From NCBI GenBank assembly GCA_003660975.1, contig QMVG01000004.1:23836-87835 (forward strand): 64,000 nt of DNA. Direction: 5' to 3'. Of this stretch, positions 48,592-59,610 are shown in pieces. The position numbers and the translations under genes were made by a program. Origin of the DNA: Candidatus Micrarchaeota archaeon (lineage in GTDB: Archaea > B1Sed10-29 > B47-G15). Numbering within the stretch: position 1 is the stretch's first letter; each line of letters opens with the position of its first letter. The notes beneath the pieces were generated by a model, which saw only the letters and a list, made by a program, of their open reading frames with translations, was not told where the DNA came from and did no database searches.

Positions 48592-48996
48592 TCACAGCTT
48601 TTTGACAGGAGACCTGGCACCGCAGACCTCGCACCTCTTGTAAGGCGCTCCCTCAAATGTTATCAGCGTTGTGTCCGGCTTGTGGCACTCAGTGCACAGC
48701 ACGTACTCTTTTATGTATGAGCTCAATCTTGCGTTTAGCTGCTTGTCCGTAAACCTGCCTTGCAGTATTATCCTTCCGTTGTCGTAATTTCCAGACGTGG
48801 CCAGCTCTTTTATGAAAAACTTCATTATGTGCTGGACATCTCTTCTGAGCTTGTTTGCGATTTCGTTTGCGTTCCTTATTACTGTCTGGTTCCCCTGCTG
48901 GTAGGACTCCACAACAGGAGGCTCCCATCTCTCCTTGGCATGAACCTTGTCAGGTATTGATTTGTATGCCTTTTCCAACAGCGTTTCGTAGTCCAT
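48592..48996 (-). CDS. eif2b: Translation initiation factor aIF-2 beta
   Basis: MDYETLL, KELATSG, YVLCTECHKPDT...CEVCGA. Confidence 0.95.
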   Translation of the reverse strand: MDYETLLEKAYKSIPDKVHAKERWEPPVVESYQQGNQTVIRNANEIANKLRRDVQHIMKFFIKELATSGNYDNGRIILQGRFTDKQLNARLSSYIKEYVLCTECHKPDTTLITFEGAPYKRCEVCGARSPVKKL

Positions 48997-49002
48997 AAGA
49001 AG

Positions 49003-49326
49003 TCAACCTTCATTGCACTTGATTTCCAATTGCCGCAATACCTGATATTTGGGGTTATATACCTTTTTAATGATTTCTCCAACCAGCTCGTCTCCCTCAA
49101 CCTTTCCTATGACTATGGCGAGGTCTCCTTCTTTTATCTCCTTTGCCATCAGCCGAGTCCAGCCAGTAAACTTGGCCTTCACAGAAGCGGACTCGTCCTC
49201 TAAGCTTATGCCAACAATATCGTCTCCCTCTATGCTTCTGACCTTGCCTAGAACATTTACTCGAGAATGTCTCTTTACGTCAGCGAGCCTGCACTTCACT
49301 GCTGCCTCTCTCATCATAATCATTTT
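49003..49326 (-). CDS. OB-fold protein (RPA subunit-like)
   Basis: SRVNVLGKV...LEDES...GDLAIVIGKV...EIIKK; start uncertain. Confidence 0.7.
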   Translation of the reverse strand, partial: KMIMMREAAVKCRLADVKRHSRVNVLGKVRSIEGDDIVGISLEDESASVKAKFTGWTRLMAKEIKEGDLAIVIGKVEGDELVGEIIKKVYNPKYQVLRQLEIKCNEG

Positions 49327-49351
49327 ATCCTTTAAGTCATTAAATAACTTT

Positions 49352-49939
49352 ATGCGCATTATGGAATTGTATAACTATTTATTCTCTCTTTTGGGAAGGC
49401 AGGCCTGGTGGCCTGCGGATAGCCCTTTTGAGGTTGCTGTTGGAGCAGTCCTGACCCAGAACGTCTCCTGGAAGAATGTTGAGAAGTCAATTGAAACTTT
49501 GAAGAGGAAAAGAATGATGAGCCCGCAGGCCATAGCAAAGGCCAAGCTTTCTCATTTAGAGAGCTTGATAAAAGCTTCTGGCTTTTACAGGAGGAAAGCC
49601 AGGACATTAAAAGAGCTTTCCAAGCTTTTTATCTCGTCAGGAGGCGTTGGGGAGTTTTTTGAAGGAGAAACAGCAGAGCTAAGGAAGAAATTGCTCTCAA
49701 TAAAAGGCATAGGGCCAGAAACAGCAGATTCGATACTGCTTTATGCAGGTGGGCATCTCATCTTTCCTGTGGACAACTACACGAGAAGGCTCTCCAAAAA
49801 ATTTGGCATATGCAGTTCTCAAAATTACGAAGCAATCAGGCAGTGCTTTGAGATGGAGCTTCCGAAAGACGTTGAGGTCTACAAAGAGATGCACGCTTTG
49901 ATAGTTGAGTTTTGCAAGCGCTTCAAATCAGAGTGCTGA
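49352..49939 (+). CDS. HhH-GPD (endonuclease III-related) DNA glycosylase
   Basis: WWPADSPFEV.VGAVLTQN, LLSIKGIGPETADSILLYA, FPVDNY. Confidence 0.9.
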   Translation: MRIMELYNYLFSLLGRQAWWPADSPFEVAVGAVLTQNVSWKNVEKSIETLKRKRMMSPQAIAKAKLSHLESLIKASGFYRRKARTLKELSKLFISSGGVGEFFEGETAELRKKLLSIKGIGPETADSILLYAGGHLIFPVDNYTRRLSKKFGICSSQNYEAIRQCFEMELPKDVEVYKEMHALIVEFCKRFKSEC

Positions 49940-50750
49940 TTAAAAGCCCAAGGCAGGCAGCTGCTGATATTGGAGGCAGGGCAGGAAGCGCTTTTCCCTT
50001 TTTTCCCATAACAAACTCAAACAGCAGAAGCAGGCCAAAAAGGGAAAACACCATGACAAAGTACGCTGCTTTTGGGCCGTAATGTATTAATGAAGACACT
50101 GCCAGCGTTAAAGGCACTACCAGGTCTCCCCCTCCCAATTGGTAAGCATACGCTTTTCTCTTTCCCTTTCCCACAGCAGTTGGAAGGGAAGCTGTGAAAG
50201 CAGTTGGCCTTTCAGTCATTGCCTTTGCCATATAAACCATGTGCTTGGTGTAGAACACTGAGATAAAGTCATAGGCAGACAAAAGGAGCATGAAAAACAC
50301 TATTGCCAGGGGCGAGAAAGAAATGCCTATAATGGCTCCTGCCCCTGCTGTTGAGAAGATAAGGGCAGTGTTTTGCGTTAAGATATTTGGTTTCAGCATC
50401 TTGGCAGCCGTTAGCAGTATTGCCATCACTGTTCCAATGGGGATAACGTTAAAAACCACAAAGGGAAATAGGAGCTCAAAAACAATATCGCTCATGAAAA
50501 ACACGGCAAGTGCCTCCAAGAGCAAGAGCATTTTCTTGAAGAGCTTTATCGTGATTATGATTATGAGGGTAACAGCCAAGATATAAATGAAAAGCTCAAT
50601 GACTGTTGATATGTCCGAGCCTCCTGTTATGGGGCTTTCCAGGCTGCCCTTCTCAATTGAAGCAATGTATCTGACAGCTGTTGCTATCCCTATTAACTGC
50701 ACGCTAACAAAGAGGATTATAATCGTAATTCTTAACATCTGCTTGTTCAT
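49923..50750 (-). CDS. Presenilin/SPP-like intramembrane aspartyl protease
   Basis: YD, LGGGD and PALP motifs in a multi-TM protein. Confidence 0.9.
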   Translation of the reverse strand: MNKQMLRITIIILFVSVQLIGIATAVRYIASIEKGSLESPITGGSDISTVIELFIYILAVTLIIIITIKLFKKMLLLLEALAVFFMSDIVFELLFPFVVFNVIPIGTVMAILLTAAKMLKPNILTQNTALIFSTAGAGAIIGISFSPLAIVFFMLLLSAYDFISVFYTKHMVYMAKAMTERPTAFTASLPTAVGKGKRKAYAYQLGGGDLVVPLTLAVSSLIHYGPKAAYFVMVFSLFGLLLLFEFVMGKKGKALPALPPISAAACLGLLISTLI

Positions 50751-50754
50751 GCTC

Positions 50755-52809
50755 TCACTTCATTTCTGTTGTCCTGTAGACGTCGTGCTTTGGCGAATAG
50801 ATGTCTCCCCTCTTCTTGAGATTGTGGAGAATCTCCTGCAATTCCTCTGCGTCTATTCTTATCTTCTCTGCTTCCTCAACCAGCATCTCATGGTTTACTT
50901 CGTCATATTCCTTCTCCAGCCGTTTTATCAGGTTGTAGATGCTCCTTATCTTGTCTGACTTTGACTTTGGCTGCCCTATTGCTATGATGTCTATGTCATA
51001 CTTGCCTGTCTCTGGGTCTATTCCTATTTTCTTCAGGCAGAAGGTAATGAGCCTTATAGCCCTTTCGGCATCTTCTATCTCAACTGTTTCGCTCAATCTC
51101 ACCTTGGCAGAGGCTTCAGCCAGCCTCACTATGGCCTCTAGCTGCCTTGCTGTTATAGGTATGCTTCCTTGGTTTTCCCCTATGCTCCTCAGGTTGACGT
51201 AAAAGTCCCTTATCTTTTCTATGGCTTCTTGGGATAGCACAGGCATTACGTGCTTCCTGCTGTAAGCGATGTACTTTTGAAGGAATTCTGGTTCTAAAGC
51301 AGGAGCTACCTTTTCCTCGCTCTCCTCTCCCTTTACACTCTGCGCAGCATACCTATGCGTCTTTAGAATGTACTCAGCCATCTCTGCATCTCTTTTCTTG
51401 TCAAGCACGTCCCTTACAGGGAAGATTAGGTCAAAGCGAGAGATTATTGTAGGGGGTATGTCAAACTGTTCAGCAGGCGCTGTGTTTGGGTCAAACCTTC
51501 CGTATTTCGGGTTGGCTGCTGCTAATATCGCTGTGTTGGCCTTGAATGTTGTTATTATGCCTGCCTTAGCCACGTGTATCTCCTGCGTTTCCATTGCCTC
51601 GTGCATTGCAGCCCTGTCCTCTGGAGACATCTTGTCAAACTCATCTATCATTGCCATGCCGCCAGCTGCCAGCACAAGAGCGCCTGCTTTCAGCACCCAT
51701 GTGCCTTCCCCAAATTCCTCCTTTTCAGCAGTGGCAGTTAAACCAGCAGCACTTGAGCTTTTTCCAGAAACATATATGCCTTTCGGAGCAAGTGAGTTAA
51801 CATATTGAAGCAGCCTTGATTTAGCAGTGCCTGGGTCACCTATGAGAAGTATGTGCATATCAGGCCTTATTCTCATGCCATCAGGAGTCATCTTTCCAGG
51901 CGTTCCTCCAAATAGCTGTAATGCAATAGCCTCCTTTATCTCATCATGGCCGTATATGGAAGGCGCTATGCTCTTTACGATTTTCTTATAAACGTCAGGG
52001 TCTTGGGAGAGCTGTTTTATCTTTTGCATGTCCTCTGCACTCAATTCAATTTCCTCAAACTCTTTCTCCTTCTTCACAAAGTTGTTGACGTCTATAAACT
52101 TGTTGAATATGCTCCCCTTCCTTTTTGGAGCTTCCAGCCTCAGCACTCCTATTACCTCTATCTTGTCTCCTGGCACCAATCTGTTCGTCAAGTCATCTTC
52201 TAGCCACAGCGTGATGGTTTTTACCTGCTCTCCTCCTCTAAGCACTTCAAGAGGTTCCTGGATCTCTGCCTTTTGAGTGTCTATGAACTTTGACTCTTCA
52301 AGAATAAGCTCAAAACTCTTTCCTCCGCAAACACAAACAGTTGGCTCTGTTAGTTTCTCGCTCTGCTCCTCCTGCTTTACAGAGATTCTCCTCAAGCAGT
52401 TCTTGCACTCAAAAACAGCCTCAACTATCTTGGGCTTTACTTCTGTTACCTTTGTCACGACACCGTCCACGCTTATGAACTTATTTATGTGCTGGCTGCT
52501 GAGGTTTCTTAACAGCACCTTGTTTTCAGGTGGCAGGTTGTAGAATCTCACATGTGGCTTGAACTCCTCTCCTGTGCCTGAGAGTAAGCCCATTTGGATT
52601 ATGGCGTCTCTTGCTGCTCTTATCGTCTGATATGGCTTCTCTATAACGTCATCAGCCAATTTTATATCATATTTGTCTAGCTCTTGATAGTCTATCTCAA
52701 CACTTCTTTTTTCAGGAAATAACTGGGCTATCCTTGTAATCTCGTCTTTATATTTCTCATTTATGAACTCTTCGAACTGAGACACCTGAGGAGCAGAACT
52801 AGTTTCCAT
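50755..52809 (-). CDS. mcm: Replicative helicase MCM
   Basis: Zn finger, GDPGTAKS, IDEFDKM, SRFD; no intein seen. Confidence 0.97.
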   Translation of the reverse strand: METSSAPQVSQFEEFINEKYKDEITRIAQLFPEKRSVEIDYQELDKYDIKLADDVIEKPYQTIRAARDAIIQMGLLSGTGEEFKPHVRFYNLPPENKVLLRNLSSQHINKFISVDGVVTKVTEVKPKIVEAVFECKNCLRRISVKQEEQSEKLTEPTVCVCGGKSFELILEESKFIDTQKAEIQEPLEVLRGGEQVKTITLWLEDDLTNRLVPGDKIEVIGVLRLEAPKRKGSIFNKFIDVNNFVKKEKEFEEIELSAEDMQKIKQLSQDPDVYKKIVKSIAPSIYGHDEIKEAIALQLFGGTPGKMTPDGMRIRPDMHILLIGDPGTAKSRLLQYVNSLAPKGIYVSGKSSSAAGLTATAEKEEFGEGTWVLKAGALVLAAGGMAMIDEFDKMSPEDRAAMHEAMETQEIHVAKAGIITTFKANTAILAAANPKYGRFDPNTAPAEQFDIPPTIISRFDLIFPVRDVLDKKRDAEMAEYILKTHRYAAQSVKGEESEEKVAPALEPEFLQKYIAYSRKHVMPVLSQEAIEKIRDFYVNLRSIGENQGSIPITARQLEAIVRLAEASAKVRLSETVEIEDAERAIRLITFCLKKIGIDPETGKYDIDIIAIGQPKSKSDKIRSIYNLIKRLEKEYDEVNHEMLVEEAEKIRIDAEELQEILHNLKKRGDIYSPKHDVYRTTEMK

Positions 52810-52871
52810 CGAATATTTTTTCTTCAAAATACTATTTATAAACCCCCCACAGTTCCAGTATTTGTCGCGTG

Positions 52872-54203
52872 TCAGTTAAAATTATACGGAGACCAGGATG
52901 ATGGCTCTTCTTTCTTCTCTTCCTTCTTCTGGCCCTTGCTGTAATAGTAAATGGTTGTTATAACAGCAATGCCAATAATTACCGCGATTACGATGTTAAG
53001 CAAATTGCCCTCTTCCTTAACACACCTTCCATTGCTTTCCTTCATGCCAGATGGACATACGCATTTTTCTCCGTTCCAATACTTTCCCCCAGTGCATTTG
53101 GGAGGCCATTCTCCCACTCTTTCTTCCATGTCTGAGATATCCTCCTCCAAGCTCTCCGCCATTTGGTTTGCTTTTTGTAAGTTTTCCTTTTCTATGTAAT
53201 TCGCCAATGCCTCCAGGTCAGAGGCAATGTCTTCCAGGTCTCTTCTGTGCGCAGGGCTTATTTTGGCTATCTGCTTAACTATGCTTTCATACCTGTCATT
53301 CAGTTCCCTATACTTGTCCCAGAGCTCAGATTTTACCGTGTTGTTCTCTCTTTCAGCAATGCGCTGGTCTAGGACCCTGTAATATTCATCAACCGTGCTG
53401 TCCAGGGAAGAGAAAAAGGAATCAATGTTTTCTCTGTTTTCCTTGCTTTTGTCCTCCATGTCTATTATTGTTGACTCTATGCCAGAGATAAGGAATTCAG
53501 CAGACAAGCTTATGCCATATGATTCGTCAATCTCGTTGTTAGCGATCTTTGTATTTATTTCCTCTCTTACATCACTTGCCCTTTCCTTCAGCTCTCTAAG
53601 CGCATTTATCAATAGGCTCTCTTTTTGGAAAAAGCTGTTAAACAGTGACTGGCATTGGCTTATCTCCTCCACAGTGTCTATTGACTTTATCTTTGATTTT
53701 AGTTCCAGTGCAGTGTCCCTGAGCTCTTCAGCACTAGATACTGCAGTTGCTAATGCGTTTTCGTAAGCTGAGAGCGACGTTATGCTAACAGGCAGGGTTG
53801 GCTTTATGTCAGTGTTCAACCTGTCCAGCCTTGACTGAAAGTCTGCCTGCATTCTGGAAGCACTGTCCCTACTGCTGTCAATGAAGTCTTCTATCTGCTT
53901 TTCTGCGTAGAAGAAATTGGCTAAGTAATGCACTTTCTGCACAGCTTTTGCATTGTCTCCTTCTGCAATGCTGCCGTCTGAGACAGCTATGGGAATAATA
54001 GTGACTATCTTGTTTGTGGATGACACCAGTTCTATAGGCCAGTAAGCTTCCTCTCCGAGAGAAATTTGGTGCTGCGGCACTATGTTGGTGTGCTCCCCCA
54101 CATGCTTGTATTGGTTGGCTATTGCAACAGCAGAGTTTAGGTCTACTTCTTCAGCTACTGCGATGCTGATTAGAAGGAGCATCATAAGGATTGCTTTTCT
54201 CAT
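52872..54203 (-). CDS. Secreted/membrane coiled-coil protein with Cys-rich (EGF-like) segment
   Basis: Signal peptide, helical acidic body, CTGG..W....CVCP.......C, TM helix. Confidence 0.65.
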   Translation of the reverse strand: MRKAILMMLLLISIAVAEEVDLNSAVAIANQYKHVGEHTNIVPQHQISLGEEAYWPIELVSSTNKIVTIIPIAVSDGSIAEGDNAKAVQKVHYLANFFYAEKQIEDFIDSSRDSASRMQADFQSRLDRLNTDIKPTLPVSITSLSAYENALATAVSSAEELRDTALELKSKIKSIDTVEEISQCQSLFNSFFQKESLLINALRELKERASDVREEINTKIANNEIDESYGISLSAEFLISGIESTIIDMEDKSKENRENIDSFFSSLDSTVDEYYRVLDQRIAERENNTVKSELWDKYRELNDRYESIVKQIAKISPAHRRDLEDIASDLEALANYIEKENLQKANQMAESLEEDISDMEERVGEWPPKCTGGKYWNGEKCVCPSGMKESNGRCVKEEGNLLNIVIAVIIGIAVITTIYYYSKGQKKEEKKEEPSSWSPYNFN

Positions 54204-54241
54204 AGTATTGAAAAAAGAAGAAGCATATAAAAAGCTTTTCA

Positions 54242-55438
54242 CTAGCTCTGCTTTATCTTGTGAAGTGATTCAAGAAAAGGCCTTGCCTTCTTGCTCTTTA
54301 AAGCTCCTGCCTTGAACTCAAGCATTAGCAAGAGGGCTGCAGGCCCCCTGCTTTTCAGTATCCCGTCAGTTATTTCAGATTGTATAATTGTCCCTATGCC
54401 TATTGGCTTGTGCTTTAAGTCCTCCTCGCTCAGTCTTATGCCTGCTTTCTCTGCTTCCTTGGCTATGCTTTCTGATACCTTTACAACCTTTTCAAGCCTT
54501 TTTCTCTCTTTTTTGCTTAAGCTGGCCTTAAGCCTCTCGTCTTCTAAAATTGCTCTCCCTTCCCTGCTTATCCATCTGGCATAAGCCACGGCAGTCCTAG
54601 TATGCTCTGGATTTATGCCATTGAGAATTTTCAGAAGCCTCCTCGTTGCCTTCCTTCTGAAAACGCCTCCCTTTGAAATTTCTCTTAGCTCCTCTGCTTG
54701 CTTCTTTTTCTTCTCTTCCTCAAGCTTTCTTTGGAGCTCCATGTTGAGGGTTCTGGCCCCTTCATAAAGCTCTACAACGTAGTTGTCAGCGATCTTTGCC
54801 GCATCTCCGTTCCTTATTACAAGATACCTGTCCTTAGGAAGAGGCCTGCTGTACTTGCTTGATATCTCAATTGGGCTGGGAAAGCCAGTGTATGCTTCTA
54901 TTACCATGTCTTCCTTTCTCCTCCTCATTGCTGCTTCCATGCCTTTCTCTATGCCCTGCTCTATTGCCTTTTCTAATTCTTCTATTTCCTCCATTCTTTT
55001 CTTTCTCTCTATTTGCTTTTTTCTCAATGTGAACCACACAGGCCCCAAAAACATAACAGCAGTGGCTGTTTTATTATATCCCATTTCCGAAAGCTTGTCT
55101 GCCAAAGCAACAGCCCCTGCTTCCATAATGCCTGTTTCAATAGCTAGGTCCCTGTACTCTTTGATTCCCTTGATTGCCTTTTCCCTAAATTGCTCTGGAT
55201 TGCGCCAGTAATACCTGTATTTGTAATAAATGCTGCTTTCCTGCCTGAGCTTCCTCTCCTTTCCCTCTCTAATCATCTTGCCCCAATCTTCGGCAGCTGT
55301 TTTTACGGTGTAAAAGCCCTTTCTTCTCACCAGCCACTCTTTGAATTTCGGGTTTTTTTCCATAACGAGTTTTGCTGTCTCTCTTGCTAATCTCCCTTCC
55401 CCCAATCTTCCTGCTTTAACATTCCTTTTAATTTTCAT
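54242..55438 (-). CDS. Hypothetical basic helical protein
   Basis: Long ORF filling the gap; no motif recognised. Confidence 0.6.
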   Translation of the reverse strand: MKIKRNVKAGRLGEGRLARETAKLVMEKNPKFKEWLVRRKGFYTVKTAAEDWGKMIREGKERKLRQESSIYYKYRYYWRNPEQFREKAIKGIKEYRDLAIETGIMEAGAVALADKLSEMGYNKTATAVMFLGPVWFTLRKKQIERKKRMEEIEELEKAIEQGIEKGMEAAMRRRKEDMVIEAYTGFPSPIEISSKYSRPLPKDRYLVIRNGDAAKIADNYVVELYEGARTLNMELQRKLEEEKKKKQAEELREISKGGVFRRKATRRLLKILNGINPEHTRTAVAYARWISREGRAILEDERLKASLSKKERKRLEKVVKVSESIAKEAEKAGIRLSEEDLKHKPIGIGTIIQSEITDGILKSRGPAALLLMLEFKAGALKSKKARPFLESLHKIKQS

Positions 55439-55478
55439 CAATAAGATTAGAAACAATTACTTTAAAAATATTTTGCAA

Positions 55479-55667
55479 CTACTTTTTCTTTTCTTTCTTC
55501 TTTTTGAAGGCAGCGTTGTACAGCCCTACTGCTGCAAGAGGGTCTATTCCCTCCTCTTCTGCAATCTGCAATATCATTGCCTGAGTGAGCCTCTTTTCTT
55601 CCTCACGTGTCATCATCTTCTCCTTCACTGGCTTCCGCTTTGCTCTTCTCAAAGACAACCTTCCCAT
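55479..55667 (-). CDS. Small basic hypothetical protein
   Basis: Starts 1 nt after the alaS stop, GGAGTGA SD-like. Confidence 0.5.
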   Translation of the reverse strand: MGRLSLRRAKRKPVKEKMMTREEEKRLTQAMILQIAEEEGIDPLAAVGLYNAAFKKKKEKKK

Positions 55668-55668
55668 A

Positions 55669-58389
55669 TCACTCCCCCAAAATCTTCCTCACTTGATTAA
55701 ATGCCTCTTTGTATTTATTCTTTTCAGGTCCTCCGCCTTTCCATTCGTTTCCCTTTCCTCCTGCCTTGCCTCCCATAATTTCAGCAGCTTTCTCCACTGC
55801 TTCCTTCACAGGCTTGCCACTCTTGTTGTCAACTCCTATCACTTGGCCAGGAGCAAGCACGACGCAGTAGGCTTTCTTCTTGGCCACTTTTCTTGCAATC
55901 TCCTGCATGAGTTTCATATCTGCCACATCTATTATCTGCACGGTTTCCTCAGACAATTCAGAAGCCTTTCTTTTCTTTTCCTTTTCAAGCTCCTTTGAAA
56001 GCTGCTTCCATATCTTGATAATGCTGTCCAAATCCTTGCCCTCTACATCAATTCTTTCCTTTTTTCCAGTAAGCATTTCTTTCTCAGCAATAAGAAGCTC
56101 TACCCTTTTCAGCCACGCGGCTTTTTCCTTATCTTTTTCTTCCTTCATTCTCTTCATAAGCTTGGCTATCATTTCCTTGCCAGCACTAAACTCTATCCTT
56201 ATCACGCCGTCCTGGATTTTCTTTACCTTCCATATCTTTATTTCTTCCACATATTTCGTGTTGCTGAAGTGCGTGCCTCCACAGGCCTCAACGTCAAAAC
56301 CTTTTATATTGACAACCCTTATCATTTTTCCAGGCACTGCCCCTCCCTGGTACAGCCTAAAACCGTATTTCTGCTCTGCTTCTGTCCTTGGCATAAATCT
56401 TCTCTCTATCGGTATTGCCTTCCTTATGACCTCGTTTGCTAACTTTTCAATTCTGCTTATTTCCTCTGCTGTTGGAATTTCATAGTGGGTTATATCTAAC
56501 CTTGCTTTCTCATAGTTTTTCTCAGCGCCGGCCTGCCATATGTGATTTCCCAGAATTTCTCTGGCAGCTCCGTTAAGTATGTGGGCCCCAGTGTGCTGTC
56601 TTGTCAGCTGCAGTCTTCTTTCCCAGTCAATCACGCCATGCACCTGTTTTTTTCCAAGCTTTCTGTCAGTCTCGTGTATAACAATATTTCCCTGCTTTAT
56701 GACAGCCACGACATGAGCGCCATCCAATTTTCCCTTATCTGAGGCCTGCCCTCCACCCAGCGGATAAAAAGCTGTCCTGTCAAGCACTACGTAATGCTTA
56801 CCTTTCTCTTCCCATTCCTTTAACACCTCTGCGTCAAATTCCTTCACGTCATCCTCGTAATACAGCTTCTCAGTTTCAGCTATGCCTTTTAAGTCAAATT
56901 CTTTCTCCACTTCCCTTTTTCTTTCCGGCCTTTCTCTTGTTATGAGTGCATAGAAGTTCTCAGGCAAGGAGACATTTACGTTGAGAGTATTTTCAGCCAC
57001 TTCTCTTATCAGTTCAGGCGTTATGCCATAAGATTCGTAAAGAAGGCGTAGCTCATCAGCGGATATGTTTCGTTTTTTCTTTAATATTTTGACCACCATC
57101 TTCTTGGTTCTCTGCCTTGCGTTTCTGTACTTCTTTTTCTCAATGTCCAGGATTTTCATTACGTCATCAATGTTCTCATTCAGCTCAGGAAAAAGCGGCC
57201 TCAAGTACGCAGCGTGCCACTCTGCAACCTCCTGTAGGGAGAAGGGCCAGCCGTATTTGTCTATAAATGACATTGCTCTTCTTGCTATCACCCTTAGGTT
57301 ATATCCGCCACCCACGTTTGAAGGTAGCATGCCATCACTTAAAGCAACAAGCAAGGATTGGCTGTGATCAGCTACTGAGAAAAGAGCAGCCAAAGGCATA
57401 ACCTCTTTCTTCAACTCCTCCTTGCTCACAGACAGTTTCTCAGCTATTTTCTGCCAGCTCTTTTCTATATCCTTGTTTTCCTCAACATTCAGCTCTCCTG
57501 CAAAAGGCATAAAGTCTCTAAACATGTCGCTGAGCTCCAGGCCTGTCTTTTCAAAAAGCTTCTTTATAACATCAGGATAATCTGACTCATATTGGGTTGC
57601 GCTTCCCTGTGTTACCCACACAGTTCTACCAAGCCCCATGCCCATGTCAAGAACGCGAATGGGAAGCTCTTCATATCCTGCATCTGAAACCTTGTATATC
57701 ATATATACCTGGTTTTCTATCTCCAGTCCCCTTACAAAAGCTTCCATACAGACGCCAAGGTTGCCCCCACCATACCACTGTTTTTCTATGTAGCTTATTT
57801 CTTCCTCTGGAATTTTCATTCCCACAGTCAGCCATTTGTGGATGTGCGATAAAAAGAGATTCTGGTCAAAATCCTTTGGAGGCAAAAAAGCATGCTGCCC
57901 CACCATAACAAAACCTGTTTTGTGCCTGCCTGTTATGCCCACGTTGTCTATGTCGTTAAACCTGAGGCAGTATTGAGGCACTACAAGAGGGTTTGCTGGA
58001 GGTTCTACTTCCCCTGAAACAACGTGCGGCTGAAAATCATATATAGAGGCCTGCACAAAGTCAGTGTCATCTCTCCACCTTGCCACTACTGGATACCTTT
58101 TTATTGGCGTATAGCCGAGCGATTTAAACATCTCTGAGAATTTATTCCAGGACTCGATATACTCTAATCGCTTTCCCACTGGCTTCCCTATAAATGAGTA
58201 ACCACCAACACAGTCAGGTTCCCCGCAGAATTCTCTCTCTGGGTCCTTGGTCCAAAACCTTGCCCCGCATTTCTTGCATGTCTTCCTTTCAAAGCCCCTC
58301 TGTTTCAAAAAGTCAACAGCGTAATATTTGTTTATGTTCTTTTCAACCTTCTTTTTTAGCTCTAGCTTTACTTTTTCTATGTCCATCAC
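55669..58389 (-). CDS. alaS: Alanine--tRNA ligase (archaeal type)
   Basis: YPVVARWRDD, DNVGITGRH, editing HTGAH...ACGGTH, GGKAGG. Confidence 0.96.
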   Translation of the reverse strand: MMDIEKVKLELKKKVEKNINKYYAVDFLKQRGFERKTCKKCGARFWTKDPEREFCGEPDCVGGYSFIGKPVGKRLEYIESWNKFSEMFKSLGYTPIKRYPVVARWRDDTDFVQASIYDFQPHVVSGEVEPPANPLVVPQYCLRFNDIDNVGITGRHKTGFVMVGQHAFLPPKDFDQNLFLSHIHKWLTVGMKIPEEEISYIEKQWYGGGNLGVCMEAFVRGLEIENQVYMIYKVSDAGYEELPIRVLDMGMGLGRTVWVTQGSATQYESDYPDVIKKLFEKTGLELSDMFRDFMPFAGELNVEENKDIEKSWQKIAEKLSVSKEELKKEVMPLAALFSVADHSQSLLVALSDGMLPSNVGGGYNLRVIARRAMSFIDKYGWPFSLQEVAEWHAAYLRPLFPELNENIDDVMKILDIEKKKYRNARQRTKKMVVKILKKKRNISADELRLLYESYGITPELIREVAENTLNVNVSLPENFYALITRERPERKREVEKEFDLKGIAETEKLYYEDDVKEFDAEVLKEWEEKGKHYVVLDRTAFYPLGGGQASDKGKLDGAHVVAVIKQGNIVIHETDRKLGKKQVHGVIDWERRLQLTRQHTGAHILNGAAREILGNHIWQAGAEKNYEKARLDITHYEIPTAEEISRIEKLANEVIRKAIPIERRFMPRTEAEQKYGFRLYQGGAVPGKMIRVVNIKGFDVEACGGTHFSNTKYVEEIKIWKVKKIQDGVIRIEFSAGKEMIAKLMKRMKEEKDKEKAAWLKRVELLIAEKEMLTGKKERIDVEGKDLDSIIKIWKQLSKELEKEKKRKASELSEETVQIIDVADMKLMQEIARKVAKKKAYCVVLAPGQVIGVDNKSGKPVKEAVEKAAEIMGGKAGGKGNEWKGGGPEKNKYKEAFNQVRKILGE

Positions 58390-58402
58390 TAGTCACCAGG
58401 GA

Positions 58403-59575
58403 TTATATGTAGAGCCTGTGTTCCTCTCCGCTTTCCTCTTCCCCCATAACCTTCTCTATTGCTTTTTCAAAGTCCTTTTTCAAAACTCTTGTTCTCCCTT
58501 CTCTTATTGCGAACATGCCTGCTTCTGTGCATATGGCTTTTATCTCAGCTCCGAGAGCGCCCTCTGTTTTCTCAGCGAGGTATTTTGCTTTGACAGAAGT
58601 ATTCATTTTTCTCATATGTATCTTGAAGATTTCTTCCCTCGCTTTTTCATCAGGCAGGGGAACCTCTATGATTCTGTCAAACCTCCCAGGCCTTAGAAGC
58701 GCTGGGTCTAAGATGTCTATCCTGTTTGTAGCAGCTATAATCTTGACGCCCTCTCTCTTTCCAAAGCCATCCATCTCTGACAGCAGTTGCATTAGTGTTC
58801 TGTTTACCTCCCTGTCCCCTCCTGTTGTTTCGTCCAGCCTCTTGGCCCCAACGGCATCTATCTCGTCAATGAAGATTATGGAAGGCGCTTTTTCCTTGGC
58901 CATCTCAAAAACGTTTTTGACAAGCTTGCTGCCTTCCCCTATAAACTTTTGCACAAGCTCGCTGCCAACCAGCTTTATGAAAGTGGCATCGCTCTCAGCT
59001 GCCACTGCCTTTGCCAGCAGGGTTTTGCCACAGCCAGGAGGACCATAGAGCAGGACACCAGATGGGGCCTCTATGCCTACTTTCTCAAAAAGCTCTGGAT
59101 TTTTCAGAGGCAGCTCAACGGTTTCTTTTATCTCCCTTACCTGCTCATCAAGGCCGCCTATGTCCTTAAAGCTGATTTTAGGCCTGTCTATTATCTCTAT
59201 TCCCCTGAGGATTACGTCCTTTTTCCTAGGAAGCGTTCTTACAACATTCAGGGTTTGCTGGTTCAGACCAACAGAAGAGCCAATATCTATCTCTTTTATT
59301 GTGTCTGGGTCACAGCTAACCAAAAATTCCATTCCATTTGAGTTTTTGACTATCAGCTTGTCATTCTCTATTTTCTCGACAACAGTTGCAACCATTAGAG
59401 GCAGTCTCCTCAGCCTAGCCAGCTCTTCTCTCAAAGAAGAAATTTGAGACCTCAAATATTCTGTGTTGTTTTCAAGCATCTTATTTTCTATCTGAAGCTC
59501 AGTTAATCTCTTTTCCAATTCGTAAAGATAGCTTAACGCGTCTTCTTTCTTATTCGCAGAGGTATTTGAAGGCAT
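58403..59575 (-). CDS. pan: Proteasome-activating nucleotidase
   Basis: Coiled coil plus [25 protein letters not shown]-terminal HbYX (LYI). Confidence 0.96.
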   Translation of the reverse strand: MPSNTSANKKEDALSYLYELEKRLTELQIENKMLENNTEYLRSQISSLREELARLRRLPLMVATVVEKIENDKLIVKNSNGMEFLVSCDPDTIKEIDIGSSVGLNQQTLNVVRTLPRKKDVILRGIEIIDRPKISFKDIGGLDEQVREIKETVELPLKNPELFEKVGIEAPSGVLLYGPPGCGKTLLAKAVAAESDATFIKLVGSELVQKFIGEGSKLVKNVFEMAKEKAPSIIFIDEIDAVGAKRLDETTGGDREVNRTLMQLLSEMDGFGKREGVKIIAATNRIDILDPALLRPGRFDRIIEVPLPDEKAREEIFKIHMRKMNTSVKAKYLAEKTEGALGAEIKAICTEAGMFAIREGRTRVLKKDFEKAIEKVMGEEESGEEHRLYI

Positions 59576-59610
59576 TTAAACCACTCTTATTAATAAGCAA
59601 AAAAAGTATT